From an uncultured Gammaproteobacteria bacterium (GTDB lineage Bacteria; Pseudomonadota; Gammaproteobacteria; Steroidobacterales; Rariloculaceae), in the NCBI GenBank assembly GCA_963748045.1, contig CAVVIC010000009.1:6154-70153 (forward strand): a stretch of DNA of 64,000 nucleotides, in the 5' to 3' direction. Position numbers and translations under genes: made by a program. The notes beneath the pieces were generated by a model, which had not been told where the DNA came from, did not search any database, and worked only from the letters and a program-made list of their open reading frames with translations. Positions 33,269 through 44,338 of the stretch are shown here, piece by piece. How positions within the stretch are numbered: the first letter of the stretch is position 1; each line of letters starts with the position of its first letter.

Positions 33269-33718
33269 GTGAGCAGAGAGATGTTGAGTGTTTCGCAATT
33301 GCGACCGACAGTGAGCAGGGAGCGTTTTGATTCGAACGGGGCACGGAAAGCCGCGATCGCGATGCTCACCGCTATCTACAAAACCGGCCGTCACGGCACG
33401 CTTGCCGAGGTGCTGATCGCGCTCGAGGTCATCGACTCGAATCTCGACGGCCGGCCGCACTCGATGAAGTCGTTGTCGAGCAAACTCGGTATTCCGTACA
33501 CGTCCGTTTCGCGGATCGTGTACTCGCTGACGTCCGAGGCCCAGCCGGGCGGCATCCTGAAGCTCGTGCCGGATGGCAAAGACCGCCGCCGCAAGCACAT
33601 CGAGCTCGATCCGGAGGCCTTCAAGCGCTCCGGGTCGCAGGTCCGCGCGCTCGAGAAGGCGATGATCGACTACTACGGTAGCTCGGTCTACAAGCTGAAG
33701 CGCGAGAAGGCGAACTGA
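33269..33718 (+). CDS. MarR-like winged-helix DNA-binding protein
   Basis: HTH SMKSLSSKLGIPYTSVSRIVYSL followed by the wing DGKDRRRKHIEL. Confidence 0.8.
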   Translation: MSREMLSVSQLRPTVSRERFDSNGARKAAIAMLTAIYKTGRHGTLAEVLIALEVIDSNLDGRPHSMKSLSSKLGIPYTSVSRIVYSLTSEAQPGGILKLVPDGKDRRRKHIELDPEAFKRSGSQVRALEKAMIDYYGSSVYKLKREKAN

Positions 33719-33724
33719 GCCAAA

Positions 33725-33751
33725 GGCCGGCCGCGGCGCGGCCGGCCGTTT
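33725..33751 (+). terminator. GC hairpin after the regulator gene
   Basis: GGCCGGCCGCG-G-CGCGGCCGGCC followed by GTTT. Confidence 0.55.
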
Positions 33752-33915
33752 CGCGTATCCCCGACCGGATGTGTCCGCTGCTCGCCGTCGCGCGAACGGC
33801 GTCGGCGTGCCGTTGTCCGATGGCTCACCGATGCCTAACATCGGAGCCATCGGGCGAGGAGCGGTCATGCAGAGACGCATCGAAGTCGGTGAACGGACGC
33901 ACGTCGAGTGGGCGC

Positions 33916-35032
33916 GTGAGCGCGCGAACGCGGTTGGCGGCGCTGGTCTTCGCCGCGATCGCGGGAGCGAGCGCAACGCCGGCGGCGGCGCAGCCGCATC
34001 AGTTCACGTTCAGCTGGCAGTTCGCGCCCGACGACGCGATGCGGCCGCGCGGCGGAACGACGAAGGGCTGCGCCCATCACGCTCGCGAAAGAACCGAGCG
34101 CCGCGTGGCGCGCGCTGCAAGAGCCTGGTCTCACGAAGCTCGAGCGCGATCGCCGCGCGATTCTCGCGATGGCCGGTGCCTACCGCACGAGCTTCGACTT
34201 CCTCGAGACCGTCGGCTTCAAACCGGGGTTCACGCCGTCTCGGCCGTACCAGTCGTGGAGCACCGAGTACGTCTATGTAGTCGAGGACAGCGGCACGTTC
34301 ATTCGCCTCCAGCATTTGATGGTGCTGTTCGTCACCGATCGCTCCGGCAAGCTCCAGGGCCCGTTCGTGCAGAAGCATTGGCGTCAGGACTGGCGTTACG
34401 AGGATGCGGACCTGCACGTATTCGTCGGTCGCAACCGTTGGGAGCGCCGCAAGCGCAGCGCCGACGAGGTGCGAGGCCGGTGGTCGCAGGCGGTGTTTCA
34501 GGTGGACGACTCGCCTCGCTACGAGGCCATCGGCGAGTGGCAACACGAAGGCAGCTACTCGGCCTGGACGAGCGAGCATACGTGGCGCCCGTTGCCGCGC
34601 CGCGAAGCCACTACGCGCAGCGATTATCAGGTGCTCGAAGGCATCAATCGGCACACGATCACGCCGACGGGCTGGGTACAGGAAGAGGAGAATCTGAAGC
34701 TCGTGCTGGGTGCGGATGGCAAGCCCGACGCTGCGACGCCGTATCTGGCCCGCGAGCTCGGCGTCGCGCGCTACGAGCACATCGTGGACTTCGATTTCTC
34801 GGCCGGCGATCGTTACTGGCAGCGCAGCGGCGAGTTCTGGCGCGACGTCCGGGCCGCATGGGGTCGCGTCTACGCCGAGCGCGACTCATTCCAATACCTG
34901 GAAACCGTCGACGGCCAGGAGATGTTCGTACCGTTGTTCGAATACGCGGACCGGCTCGACAACGGCGAGGCCTACGATCCGGCCGCCGCCACAGCCGTGA
35001 TCAACCGCACATTCGCGGCGCACCTGCGCTAG
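33916..35032 (+). CDS. DUF6607-like secreted protein; frameshift near 34070
   Basis: DRRAILAMAG.YR.SFDFLET, LQHLMV, KHWRQDW.YE, VFQVDDSPRY, WRPLPRRE, H.ITPTGWVQEEEN.K. Confidence 0.82.
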
Positions 35033-35137
35033 TAAGCGCCGGCGTCCGCTAAAGAACGCGCGTCCCGCGGCCGATAACTGGGCAAACGACTGCCGATGCA
35101 GGTGCTCGGCCGCCGTCTATGGTTGGCCCCGGAGCGC

Positions 35138-36052
35138 ATGAAACATCAGCAGCAACCGCAGCGCGAAAGCGACACCGTGGTGCTCGGCACGGGCTATCAC
35201 GAGTCCCGCGCCGCGACCGCGGCTTTGGTTTCGCGACTCGAGCGCTCGCTCGCGGAGCGCTCGCTCGAATTGCCGTCGCTGCCCGAGGTGGCGCTGAAGA
35301 TCCGGCGTGCGCTCGCCGACGAGAATGTGTCGCTCAGCGAGATCGTGCGCTTGGTCGGCGCCGACCCCGCGTTGGCGGTGCGCATCCTGAAGGTATCGAA
35401 CAGCGCGCTGTTCTTTCGCGGCAGTGCGTCGATCACGAGCTTGCGCAACGCCGTCGCGCAGCTCGGCTACCGGATGGTACGCAACGTAGCGTTGTCGTTC
35501 GCCGCGCAGCAGGTGTTCATCGGCTACGGCAGCCGCGAGCTTCGCGATCACGTCGGCGCCATATGGCGCCACAGCATTCATACCGCCGCGCTGGCGCACA
35601 TGCTCACGCGCGTTCGCAGCAAGCTCGATCCGGACGAAGCGTTCCTCGCGGGCCTGCTGCACGAAGTCGGCAAGCTGTACATCCTGATGTGCGTCAAGGA
35701 CGACCGCGAAGTGGTGGCGGACGAAGCGGGGTTTCAGTCGGTGTTCACCGCGTGGCATCCGCGTCTGGGTCGCGCCATCATCGAGAGCTGGGAGCTGTCG
35801 GAAGAGCTCGCTGTGACGGTGGGCGACCACGAGGCCTGCGGTCTCGAGGCGCCGGATCCGCCGACGCTGACGGCCATCGTCGCGGCCGCGAACTACCTCG
35901 CGGAGCACAGCGAAACCGCGTGCGCCGATCCCGATTTTCACACCAAGCTGCCGAACTTGGGGTCTCTCGCCGTCGACAAGCCGACGTTCGATTGGCTGAT
36001 TCGCGCGGCTGACGTCGACGTCCGGCTGTTGATGCTCGCGTTCGGCGTCTGA
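35138..36052 (+). CDS. Stand-alone HDOD-domain signalling protein
   Basis: LPSLPEVA, DPALAVRILKVSNSA, IWRHS, AFLAGLLHEVGKL. Confidence 0.92.
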   Translation: MKHQQQPQRESDTVVLGTGYHESRAATAALVSRLERSLAERSLELPSLPEVALKIRRALADENVSLSEIVRLVGADPALAVRILKVSNSALFFRGSASITSLRNAVAQLGYRMVRNVALSFAAQQVFIGYGSRELRDHVGAIWRHSIHTAALAHMLTRVRSKLDPDEAFLAGLLHEVGKLYILMCVKDDREVVADEAGFQSVFTAWHPRLGRAIIESWELSEELAVTVGDHEACGLEAPDPPTLTAIVAAANYLAEHSETACADPDFHTKLPNLGSLAVDKPTFDWLIRAADVDVRLLMLAFGV

Positions 36053-36146
36053 CGACTCTCCTTCATAGATCTACCTAACTCGCTGTTTCGGCTCATGGTC
36101 TCCGCCGCTGCGCCTCGCGCGGCCCGCCGCATGGACCGATGTCACA

Positions 36147-36195
36147 AACGAGAACAGTTCGCGTTGACGGATCAAATGCGAGCGATTAGCATTTG
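36147..36195 (+). promoter_or_regulatory. Tandem Fur-box-like operators
   Basis: AACGAGAACAGTTCGCGTT (36147-36165) and the palindromic CAAATGCGAGCGATTAGCATTTG (36173-36195) lie just upstream of a siderophore receptor and flank a TTGACG -35-like hexamer. Confidence 0.65.
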
Positions 36196-36227
36196 CGATG
36201 CCTAATCACCACGGGGATTTCTTCGCG

Positions 36228-38435
36228 ATGCCTGCTTCGTCCCGACTGCCCACGGATCGTCTGCCCAGCCGAGCGGTGCTCGCGAGCGCCATTGGACTTG
36301 CTCTCGCCTCCGCAGCGCTGGGGCAACAGAGCGGTCCCGCGGCGGACATGGTAGTGACCGGACGATTGCCGAGCGCGGAACCTACGTCGAGCAAATTCAC
36401 GGCGCCGCTGCTCGAAACGCCGAAGTCGGTCACTGTGATCTCGCAGGCGTTGATCGCGGCCACCGGTTCGACTTCGCTCGTCGACGCGCTGCGAACGGTA
36501 CCCGGCATCACCTTCAACGCGGGTGAGGGCGGTCAACCCGCCGGCGACAACCTGAAGATCCGCGGCTTCGACGCGGGTGCGGACGTGTTCATCGACGGCT
36601 TGCGCGATGCCGGCTCGCAAGCGCGCGACGTGTTCGCGCTCGAGCAGATCGAAGTCATCAAAGGTCCGGGCTCGGCGTACTCGGGACGCGGGTCGAGTGG
36701 CGGCTCGGTGAATCTCGCGACCAAGAAGCCGCGTGCGGAGGAGTTCGTCGTCGCCGACTTTAGTGCCGGCAGCGACAGTTACGGACGTGCCGCTCTCGAT
36801 ACCAACACTCGTTTCGGCAACAGCATGGGCTTCCGCCTGAACCTGCTCGCGCAGGACTTCGACGTGCCGGGCCGCAACGGAGTCAGCGGCTCGCATCGCG
36901 GCCTGGCGCCGTCGTTCGCGTTCGGCATGGACACGGACACGCGCATGAACCTCGACTTTTACGGCTACGAGACCGACGACGTACCCGATTACAGCATTCC
37001 GTACACACGCAACGGGGCCAATACCGCGCCCGCGGGAGCGCCGGTAGTGACGGACCGTCACAACTTCTACGGTTTGCTCGATCGAGACTTCCAGAGGACC
37101 AGCGCCGACGTGCGAACCTTCCAGGTCGCGCATGATTTCGCGCGCGGGCTCACGTTCAGCAACGTGACACGTTACGGTCGCACGACCAACGAGTACATCG
37201 TCACGAACCCCGACGACGGTCGCGGCAACGTCGTGAACGGGCTCGTGTACCGCAGCCCGAAGAGCCGCCACTCCGTGGCAACGACGACGGCCAACGCCAC
37301 GAGCGTCGCCGGGCACGCCAAGACGGGCCGGATCGAGCACAGCTTCGCGGCGGGGGTCGAAGTGGGCGACGAGTCCATGACGAACCGGCCCTACGTGGTG
37401 ACGACGACGTTTGCCGGCAACGCCGTCACGGCGTTTGGCGCTTCGTGCAGCGCGCCGGGCGCCGTCGCGGCGTCGGGCTTCAACTGCACGTCGATCGACA
37501 ACCCGAATCCGTACGATCCGTGGGTCGGAACGATCACGCCCTCGACGACGCCGACCGAAGTGGCCACCGACACGCGTGCGATGTACGGGTTCGACACGCT
37601 GAGGTTCAACGAACGGTGGTCGCTGAATCTCGGGCTGCGCTGGGACGACTACGACACGGAGCAACGCGGTTTCGCAGCTAACGTGCCGCAGGCGCTGCAC
37701 AACAAGGCGGATTTCTGGAATTACACCGCGGGGCTCGTCTTCAAACCCGCGGCGCACGGCAACGTGTACCTGTCGACGGGCACGTCGTCGAGCCCCTCCG
37801 GCAACACGCTCGGCGACGGCACCGAGAATCTCGCGACCACCAACCAGGATCTCGCGCCGGAGCGAGATCGTACGTACGAGCTCGGCGTGAAATGGTCGCT
37901 GCGAAGGCGGTTGGCGCTGACCACGGCCGTGTTCAGAACCGAGACGGCGAACGCCCGCGCGGTGATCACCGGGGGCTTGCAGTCCCTGATCGGCGACGAG
38001 CTCGTGCGCGGCTTCGAGGTAGGCGTGAGCGGCAACATCACGAACCGCTGGCAGATGTTATGAGCTTTGCGTTCCTCGACAGCAAGATCGTGGACGACGG
38101 CCCCGTCGCAACGAACGAGGGCAACGCGTTCCCGAATACGCCGCGCAACAGCTTCTCGCTCTGGACGAGCTACGAAGTGTCGCCGCGCGTAACCATCGGC
38201 GGCGGCGCCACGTACGTGGACGAGCCGTTTCGGCAACGTCGCGAACACCGTGTGGATCCCGGAGTACTGGCGTTACGACGCGATGGCCGCGTTTACGATC
38301 AGCCGCAAGGTGAGTCTCCAGGTGAACGTCCAGAACCTCACCGACGAGACCTACTTCGTGCGTCCGTATCAGAACCACTATGCGTCGCTCGGCCCGGCCC
38401 GCTCGGCCGTGATCAGCGCGAAGATCGCTTTTTGA
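36228..38435 (+). CDS. TonB-dependent siderophore receptor (Fiu/PiuA-like); frameshifts near the 3' end
   Basis: SSKFTAPLLETPKSVTVI, LRTVPGITF.AGEGG, IRGF, EVIKGPGS, QVNVQNLTDETY, terminal Phe. Confidence 0.93.
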
Positions 38436-38459
38436 ACGCCTGCTGCGTGGGGGCCGCTG

Positions 38460-39143
38460 ATGCTGCTGCACATTCCCGATGTTCTGACGCCGACCGAGGT
38501 CGAGCGCGCGCGTCGCGTGCTAGACGCGGCCGAGTGGGTCGATGGCGCGGCCACGGCGGGTTTCCAGTCGACGCTCGTGAAGCGCAACTGCGCAGCTGCC
38601 GGAAGGTTCGCCCGCGGCGCGCGAGCTCGGCGATCTCGTGCTGCGGGCCTTGAACGGCAACCCTCTGTTCGGTTCTGCGTCGCTGCCGGCGCGAGGTTTT
38701 TCCGCCGCTGTTCAATCGCTACGCCGACGGTGAGGCGTTCGGCAATCACGTCGACAATGCGATTCGGCAGATACGCGGCACGAACCGACGCTTGCGGACG
38801 GATCTGTCGGCCACGTTGTTTTTGTCCGCGCCCGAGGAGTACGACGGCGGCGAGCTGCTGATCGATGACGCGTACGGCCCGCGCGCGGTGAAGCTGCGCG
38901 GCTGGCCACATGGTGCTGTACCCCGCGATGAGCGTGCATCGTGTGACTCCCGTGACGCGCGGAGTGCGGCTCGCGTCTTTCTTCTGGATTCAGAGCCTCG
39001 TGCGGGGTGACGCCGATCGTTCGCTGCTGTTCGATCTCGACATGTCGATCATCCGGCTACGCCAACAGGTCGGCGACAACGAGGCTGTGCTGGCGCTGAC
39101 GGGCGTGTACCACAATCTGCTGCGTCGCTGGGCCGAGATCTGA
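38460..39143 (+). CDS. piuC: PKHD-type Fe(II)/2-oxoglutarate dioxygenase; frameshifted
   Basis: [68 protein letters not shown]. Confidence 0.92.
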
Positions 39144-39203
39144 GCCGCTGGCGACCGCACGATGGGCCCCCGAGCCCGTCACGAATCCTTATACTAGGCA
39201 GTC

Positions 39204-40421
39204 GTGGCCGCCTTCAGTCTCAACGAGTTCTACCAGCGCAACCGGCGCATCGTCATCTGGGTCATCCTGTTCGGCCTCTTGTGGCTGCTCCGGGATTTCT
39301 TCGGTGTCGTGCTGCTGTCGTTCGTGCTGGCGATCATCGCCGTGCCGCTGGCGGACATCGGCACGCGGCGCCTGAAGATGCCGCACTGGCTGTCGCTCAC
39401 GCTCGTCTATCTGCTGTTCCTCGTCGTGCTGGGCTCGTTCGTGCGGTTCGTGGTGCCGAGCGTGGCGGCAGAGGTCAACCGCATGATCGGCAACCTGCCG
39501 TCCACCGAGTTGCGCGTGATCGAGGCCAAGAACCGGCTCGTCGAGATCTACCCGACGCTGCGCCAACCCGTGAATGGTTTCCTGCGCAGCGCGTTGCCCG
39601 ACGAGGGCGTCGTGAACATCGAGTCGCGATTGAGCGCCGAACGTCAGCGGTTGGGATTGACCGACGAGCAGATCGCCGCGAGCATCAATGGCGCAGAGAC
39701 CCCGACCGGGGCGCTGGCGGAGTATTTCAACCGCCAGGATCAGCTCTATCTGAATGCGTTGATGGCCGGGGAGTTCCAGCGCGTGCGTGACTACGCGCCG
39801 GCGGTCATCAACATGCTGTATCGCGCCACCGCTACGACGGTGCTCGCCCTGCTGTTCAGTTTCTTGATCCTGATCGACTTGAAACGCTTCGGGCGCGGCG
39901 TCGAGGAACTCCGCAACTCGCGCGTCGGCGATTTCTACGTCGAGGCCGCGGAGCCGATCGCGCGGTTCGGCATGGTGCTGGGGCGCGCCATCGAAGCACA
40001 GGCGTTGATCGCGTTCGCGAATACCGCGCTCACGCTCGTCGTCATGCTCGTGCTCGGCATTCCGCTCGTGGCGATGTTGTCGGTCATCGTTTTTGCGTGC
40101 AGCTTTCTGCCAGTCGTGGGTGTGGTCGCTTCGACGGTGCCGATCGCGCTCGTGGCGCTGAATGCCGGCGGTCCTGGTCTAGCGTTCACGGCGGTCTGGG
40201 TGCTGGTCGTGCTGCATGCGGCCGAGGCGTACCTGCTGAATCCATGGATCTACGGGCGGCATCTGAAGCTGAACCCGGTGCTGACTTTGATCATCCTGTA
40301 CGTCGCGTATCACGCGTTTGGGCTCTGGGGCATGCTGCTCGGCGTTCCCGTGGCGCGCTATTTCATTCACGACGTGCTCGGCGTGCCGCTGCGCGACGCC
40401 TCCGAGGCGCCGGTCACGTAG
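39204..40421 (+). CDS. AI-2E family transporter
   Basis: Multi-TM; SFLPVVG, EAYLLNPWIYGRHLKLNP, FGLWGMLLGVPVA. Confidence 0.9.
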   Translation: MAAFSLNEFYQRNRRIVIWVILFGLLWLLRDFFGVVLLSFVLAIIAVPLADIGTRRLKMPHWLSLTLVYLLFLVVLGSFVRFVVPSVAAEVNRMIGNLPSTELRVIEAKNRLVEIYPTLRQPVNGFLRSALPDEGVVNIESRLSAERQRLGLTDEQIAASINGAETPTGALAEYFNRQDQLYLNALMAGEFQRVRDYAPAVINMLYRATATTVLALLFSFLILIDLKRFGRGVEELRNSRVGDFYVEAAEPIARFGMVLGRAIEAQALIAFANTALTLVVMLVLGIPLVAMLSVIVFACSFLPVVGVVASTVPIALVALNAGGPGLAFTAVWVLVVLHAAEAYLLNPWIYGRHLKLNPVLTLIILYVAYHAFGLWGMLLGVPVARYFIHDVLGVPLRDASEAPVT

Positions 40422-40433
40422 CTCGAGGATCCG

Positions 40434-40718
40434 ATGCAGCAACCATCGAATCGCGTCATCGTCACCGTGATCGGCGAGGACAAGGTCGGCATCATCGCGA
40501 ACGTGGCTACGCTGCTCGCGGAAGCCAACGCCAACATCGTCGACATCTCGCAGACCACGCTGCGCGAGTTCTTCACGATGATCATGATGGTCGACATGGA
40601 GAAAGCCACGGTGCCGTTCGACGAGCTCAAGCGGCGCCTGAACGCGAAAGGCGAGGCGATGGGCCTCCGGATCGACGCCCAGCACGAGGACGTGTTCAAG
40701 TTCATGCACCGCGTCTAG
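40434..40718 (+). CDS. ACT-domain protein (UPF0237)
   Basis: VIVTVIGEDKVGIIA...NIVDISQT...FTMIMMVD...QHEDVFKFMHRV. Confidence 0.93.
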   Translation: MQQPSNRVIVTVIGEDKVGIIANVATLLAEANANIVDISQTTLREFFTMIMMVDMEKATVPFDELKRRLNAKGEAMGLRIDAQHEDVFKFMHRV

Positions 40719-40730
40719 CGCAGCGCCACC

Positions 40731-42099
40731 GTGTCCATCCAGTTCTCGCCGCAGGAGATTCTCGAAACCATCCGCATGGTGCAGATGGAGAATCTCGACA
40801 TTCGCACGATCACGATGGGCATCAGCTTGCGCGACTGCGCGCATCCCGATCTCGAAGTCGCGGCGGCGAAGGCGTACGAGAAGATCTGTCGCGCGGCCGA
40901 GCGGCTCGTCGCCGTCGGCGACGAGATCGAGCGCGACTACGGTATTCCGATCATCAACAAGCGCATCTCCGTGACGCCGGTGGCGCTCGTGGCCGAGAGC
41001 TCGACGAGCCGCGACTACGTGGTGTTCGCACGAGCGCTCGAGCGCGCGGCGGCGACGGTCGGCGTGAATTTTATCGGCGGATTCTCGGCGCTCGTGCACA
41101 AGGGCATGACGCCCGGCGACGAAGCGCTGATCGCCTCGATCCCGGAGGCGCTCGCGGTCACCGAGCGCGTGTGCGCGTCGGTCAACGTCGGCACCACGCG
41201 CGCCGGCATCAACATGGACGCTGTGCGGCGCATGGGCGAGATCGTGTGCGAGACGGCGCAGCGCACGGCTGATCGCGACGGCATCGGCTGCGCGAAGCTC
41301 GTCGTGTTCTGCAACGCGGTGGAAGACAACCCGTTCATGGCCGGTGCGTTCCACGGCATCGGCGAGCCCGACTGCGTGATCAACGTCGGCGTCAGCGGTC
41401 CCGGCGTCGTGTTGCGCGCGATCGAGCAGCAGCCCGACATCGATTTCGGCGAGCTCGCGAGCGTGATCAAGCGCACCGCGTTCAAAGTCACGCGCATGGG
41501 CGAGCTCGTCGGTCGCGCGGCGTCGGCCAAGCTCGGCGTGCCGTTCGGCATCGTCGATCTGTCGCTGGCGCCGACGCCGGCGCCAGGGCGACAGCGTCGC
41601 GCGGATTCTCGAGGCGATGGGCCTCGAGCGCGTCGGCACGCACGGCTCGACGGCCGCGCTCGCGATGTTGAACGATGCGGTCAAGAAGGGCGGCGCGATG
41701 GCGTCGAGCCACGTCGGCGGGCTCTCGGGCGCGTTCATCCCGGTGTCCGAGGACGCCGCCATGATCGATGCCGCCATCGCAGGCTCGATCACGTTCGACA
41801 AGCTCGAAGCCATGACCTGCGTGTGCTCCGTGGGGCTCGACATGATCGCCGTGCCGGGCGACACGCCACCGGAAACGATCGCGGCCATCATCGCGGACGA
41901 AGCTGCGATCGGCATGATCAACCGCAAGACGACGGCCGTGCGCGTGATCCCGGCGCCGGGTAAGCGCGTCGGCGACATGGTCGAGTTCGGCGGCCTGCTC
42001 GGACGCGCGCCGGTCATGGCGTTGCACCGGGAATCAAGCGCCCTGTTCGTGCGCCGCGGCGGGCGAATTCCGGCTCCGCTGCAGGCGTTCACCAATTGA
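40731..42099 (+). CDS. UPF0210 / DUF711 (PFL-like) protein; frameshift near 41585
   Basis: EILETIRM...[80 protein letters not shown]. Confidence 0.93.
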
Positions 42100-42121
42100 G
42101 CCTGCGCGCGAGCAGCGCCGC

Positions 42122-43183
42122 GTGAGCGAGCAGCGCGTCGGCGACGAAGCAGGGCACTCGCCGGCTGCGCCAGTTCGTGTTCGCGTCGGATTGGCAGGCC
42201 GGATCCGCCGCCTGATCGGCCTGCACCACCGCTACCCGTGGCTGTTGCCGCTCGTGAGCTTCATCGCGGGCTGGATCGGGTTCGCGCTGGTGAAGCGCGG
42301 CGAAGCATTCGCGCGCCTGATCGCCTTGCTCGCGCTGCTCGGCTGGGTCTGGTTGCTCGTGGAGCCGTGGATTCGGCAGCGGCTCGAGCGCCGCCGGCCG
42401 AAGATGGGCAACTTCGTTGTGAACTTCGTGAGCCAGTCGCTGCAGCAGGAGTTGCTGTTTTTCTCGTTGCCGTTCCTGATCGGCGCCACGCAACGCGACC
42501 TCGGGCAGATCGCGTTCACCGCGATCGTGGCGCTCGCCGCGCTCGTCACCACGGTGGACCCGTTGTACGAGCGATTCGTCGCGAGGCGCGCTGCCCGTCG
42601 CTTGCTGTTCCACGCATACTGCAGCTGGTTGTCGGCGCTGATCGTGCTGCCGATGGTGTTGTTGCTGCCGGTCGAGCGCGCATTGCCGCTGTCGGTGGTG
42701 GCGGTCACCGTGTGGTTGGTGTTGACGTTGCCGCTCTCGGTGCGATCGCTGAGGCATATCATCACGCGGGTCGTGTGGGTCATCGGCGTGCTGGCGCTGC
42801 CGTACGCCCTGTGGCAAATCCGCGCGCAGGTGCCGGCGGCCGGTCTCGCCGTCACGTCGGCGCGCATCACGCAGACGATCGACGGGCTGAATCCCGGTGA
42901 GGCCGTGCACGAGCTCACGCGCGCCGATCTCGAGCGCGGTGTCGTGGCGTTCGCGGCCATCAGGGCGCCGGCGGGGCTCTCGCAAAAGGTCATCTTCGAA
43001 TGGCACCACGATGGCGAGCACGAGCGTATGGCCGCCACGATCCACGGCGGCAACGCCGACGGGTACCGAATTTTTTCACGTAAGCAGCTGTTCCCCGCGG
43101 ACGCCGCAGGCGTCTGGATCGTGGACGTGTTGACGCCGCAAGAGCAGCTGCTGCGCCGGCTCAGGTTCACGGTCGACGAGTGA
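42122..43183 (+). CDS. Membrane protein, DUF5924 plus DUF2914-like
   Basis: Q...QE.LFFSLPF, DPLY, AFAAIRAPAGL...IFEWHHDG...GG...GYR.FSRK...G.W.VDV.T. Confidence 0.82.
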   Translation: MSEQRVGDEAGHSPAAPVRVRVGLAGRIRRLIGLHHRYPWLLPLVSFIAGWIGFALVKRGEAFARLIALLALLGWVWLLVEPWIRQRLERRRPKMGNFVVNFVSQSLQQELLFFSLPFLIGATQRDLGQIAFTAIVALAALVTTVDPLYERFVARRAARRLLFHAYCSWLSALIVLPMVLLLPVERALPLSVVAVTVWLVLTLPLSVRSLRHIITRVVWVIGVLALPYALWQIRAQVPAAGLAVTSARITQTIDGLNPGEAVHELTRADLERGVVAFAAIRAPAGLSQKVIFEWHHDGEHERMAATIHGGNADGYRIFSRKQLFPADAAGVWIVDVLTPQEQLLRRLRFTVDE

Positions 43184-43261
43184 CCGGGCGCGGTGCGGCC
43201 GCGCTTGCCGCCGTTCGCGGGCGGGGAATACCATGCCTGGATTGCCACGGAGGCCAGCCCA

Positions 43262-43579
43262 ATGACCGAACGCGTAACTGCCGACCAACTGATCGATGAC
43301 CTGCAAACGGTCATTCGGGATGCCGAAAGCCTGTTGCGCGCGACCGCGGCGCAGGGCGGCGAGAAGATAGGCGAGAAGATCCAGGAAGTTCGCACGCGCG
43401 CCGAGCAGTCGGTGCGTCAGGCCAAGGACCGGCTCGCCGGAGTGGAGAAGGAAACGCTTGAGCGCGCGCAGGCGCTGGCTGGTGACGCGAACGAATTCGT
43501 CCGCACCAACCCGTGGCAGGCCGTCGGCATCGCGGCCGGCATCGGCGTCTTGCTCGGGCTGCTCTTGAGCCGCCGCTAA
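43262..43579 (+). CDS. DUF883 (ElaB/YqjD) family protein
   Basis: LIDDLQTVIRDAESLL...FVRTNPWQAVGIAAGIGVLLGLLLSRR. Confidence 0.92.
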   Translation: MTERVTADQLIDDLQTVIRDAESLLRATAAQGGEKIGEKIQEVRTRAEQSVRQAKDRLAGVEKETLERAQALAGDANEFVRTNPWQAVGIAAGIGVLLGLLLSRR

Positions 43580-43582
43580 CTC

Positions 43583-44020
43583 TTGGAACACAGCTCCGAC
43601 ACGTCACGCGAAGGCGCTGCCGAACGCGAACCGGGCCCGATCGGCAGCCTGTTTCGTTCGTTCGCGAAGCTGGTCGCCACGTTCGTGGGCGTAGCGCACA
43701 CTCGCCTCGAGCTGCTCACGACCGAGCTCCAGCAGGAGATGCACCGCGTCGCCGAGATCATGGTATGGACCGTGATCGCGCTGCTGGCTGCGCTCATTGG
43801 CTTGTTCCTGGCGGCGCTCGTCGTCGTGTTCGTGTTCTGGGATACGCACCGCGTGCTGGCATCCGTCGTCGTGACGAGCGTGTTCTTCGGCATCGCGCTC
43901 GTTGCACTGATCGTGCTGCGCGTAAAGGTCAAGAGCCGGCCGCCGCTGCTCGAAGGCACACTGGCCGAGCTTGCGACGGACGCGAGTAGTCTCAAAGCCG
44001 CCGCACGAGGGCGCAAATGA
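43583..44020 (+). CDS. YqjE-like membrane protein (Phage_holin_3_6 family)
   Basis: HTRLELLTTELQQE, two TMs, TLAELATD; follows the DUF883 gene. Confidence 0.85.
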   Translation: MEHSSDTSREGAAEREPGPIGSLFRSFAKLVATFVGVAHTRLELLTTELQQEMHRVAEIMVWTVIALLAALIGLFLAALVVVFVFWDTHRVLASVVVTSVFFGIALVALIVLRVKVKSRPPLLEGTLAELATDASSLKAAARGRK

Positions 44021-44307
44021 GTGACCGCGCACGCGAGCTCGCTGACCGCTATTCGGACCTGCGGTTGCGCTGCGCGTTGCAGCGCCGCGCCATCGGCGCC
44101 GAAGTTGAGAGCGTCATGACGCGCTTCGACGCGATCGATCGTTTCGCGATCATGACTCGCGGCACGCTGCTCCAGCCGCGCGTGCTCGTGGCCGGCGTCA
44201 TCGCGCTGCTCGCGTTCGGCCGCGTGCGCGGCCTGCATACGGTCGGGCGCGTCGTGTTGCTGATGGCGGCCGCGCGCCGGCTCTGGAACGTGGCAAAATT
44301 GCTCTGA
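44017..44307 (+). CDS. YqjK-like protein
   Basis: L..R...LRLRCALQRRAI; third gene of the trio, with an ATGA overlap. Confidence 0.7.
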   Translation: MSDRARELADRYSDLRLRCALQRRAIGAEVESVMTRFDAIDRFAIMTRGTLLQPRVLVAGVIALLAFGRVRGLHTVGRVVLLMAAARRLWNVAKLL

Positions 44308-44338
44308 CATTCGAATTCACACCACGGGGGTGCGTGCG

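Noticed and set aside
43583-44020. 'Phage holin' family membrane protein as evidence of a prophage
   Set aside because: It sits in the chromosomal DUF883-YqjE-YqjK trio, and no phage genes are nearby.
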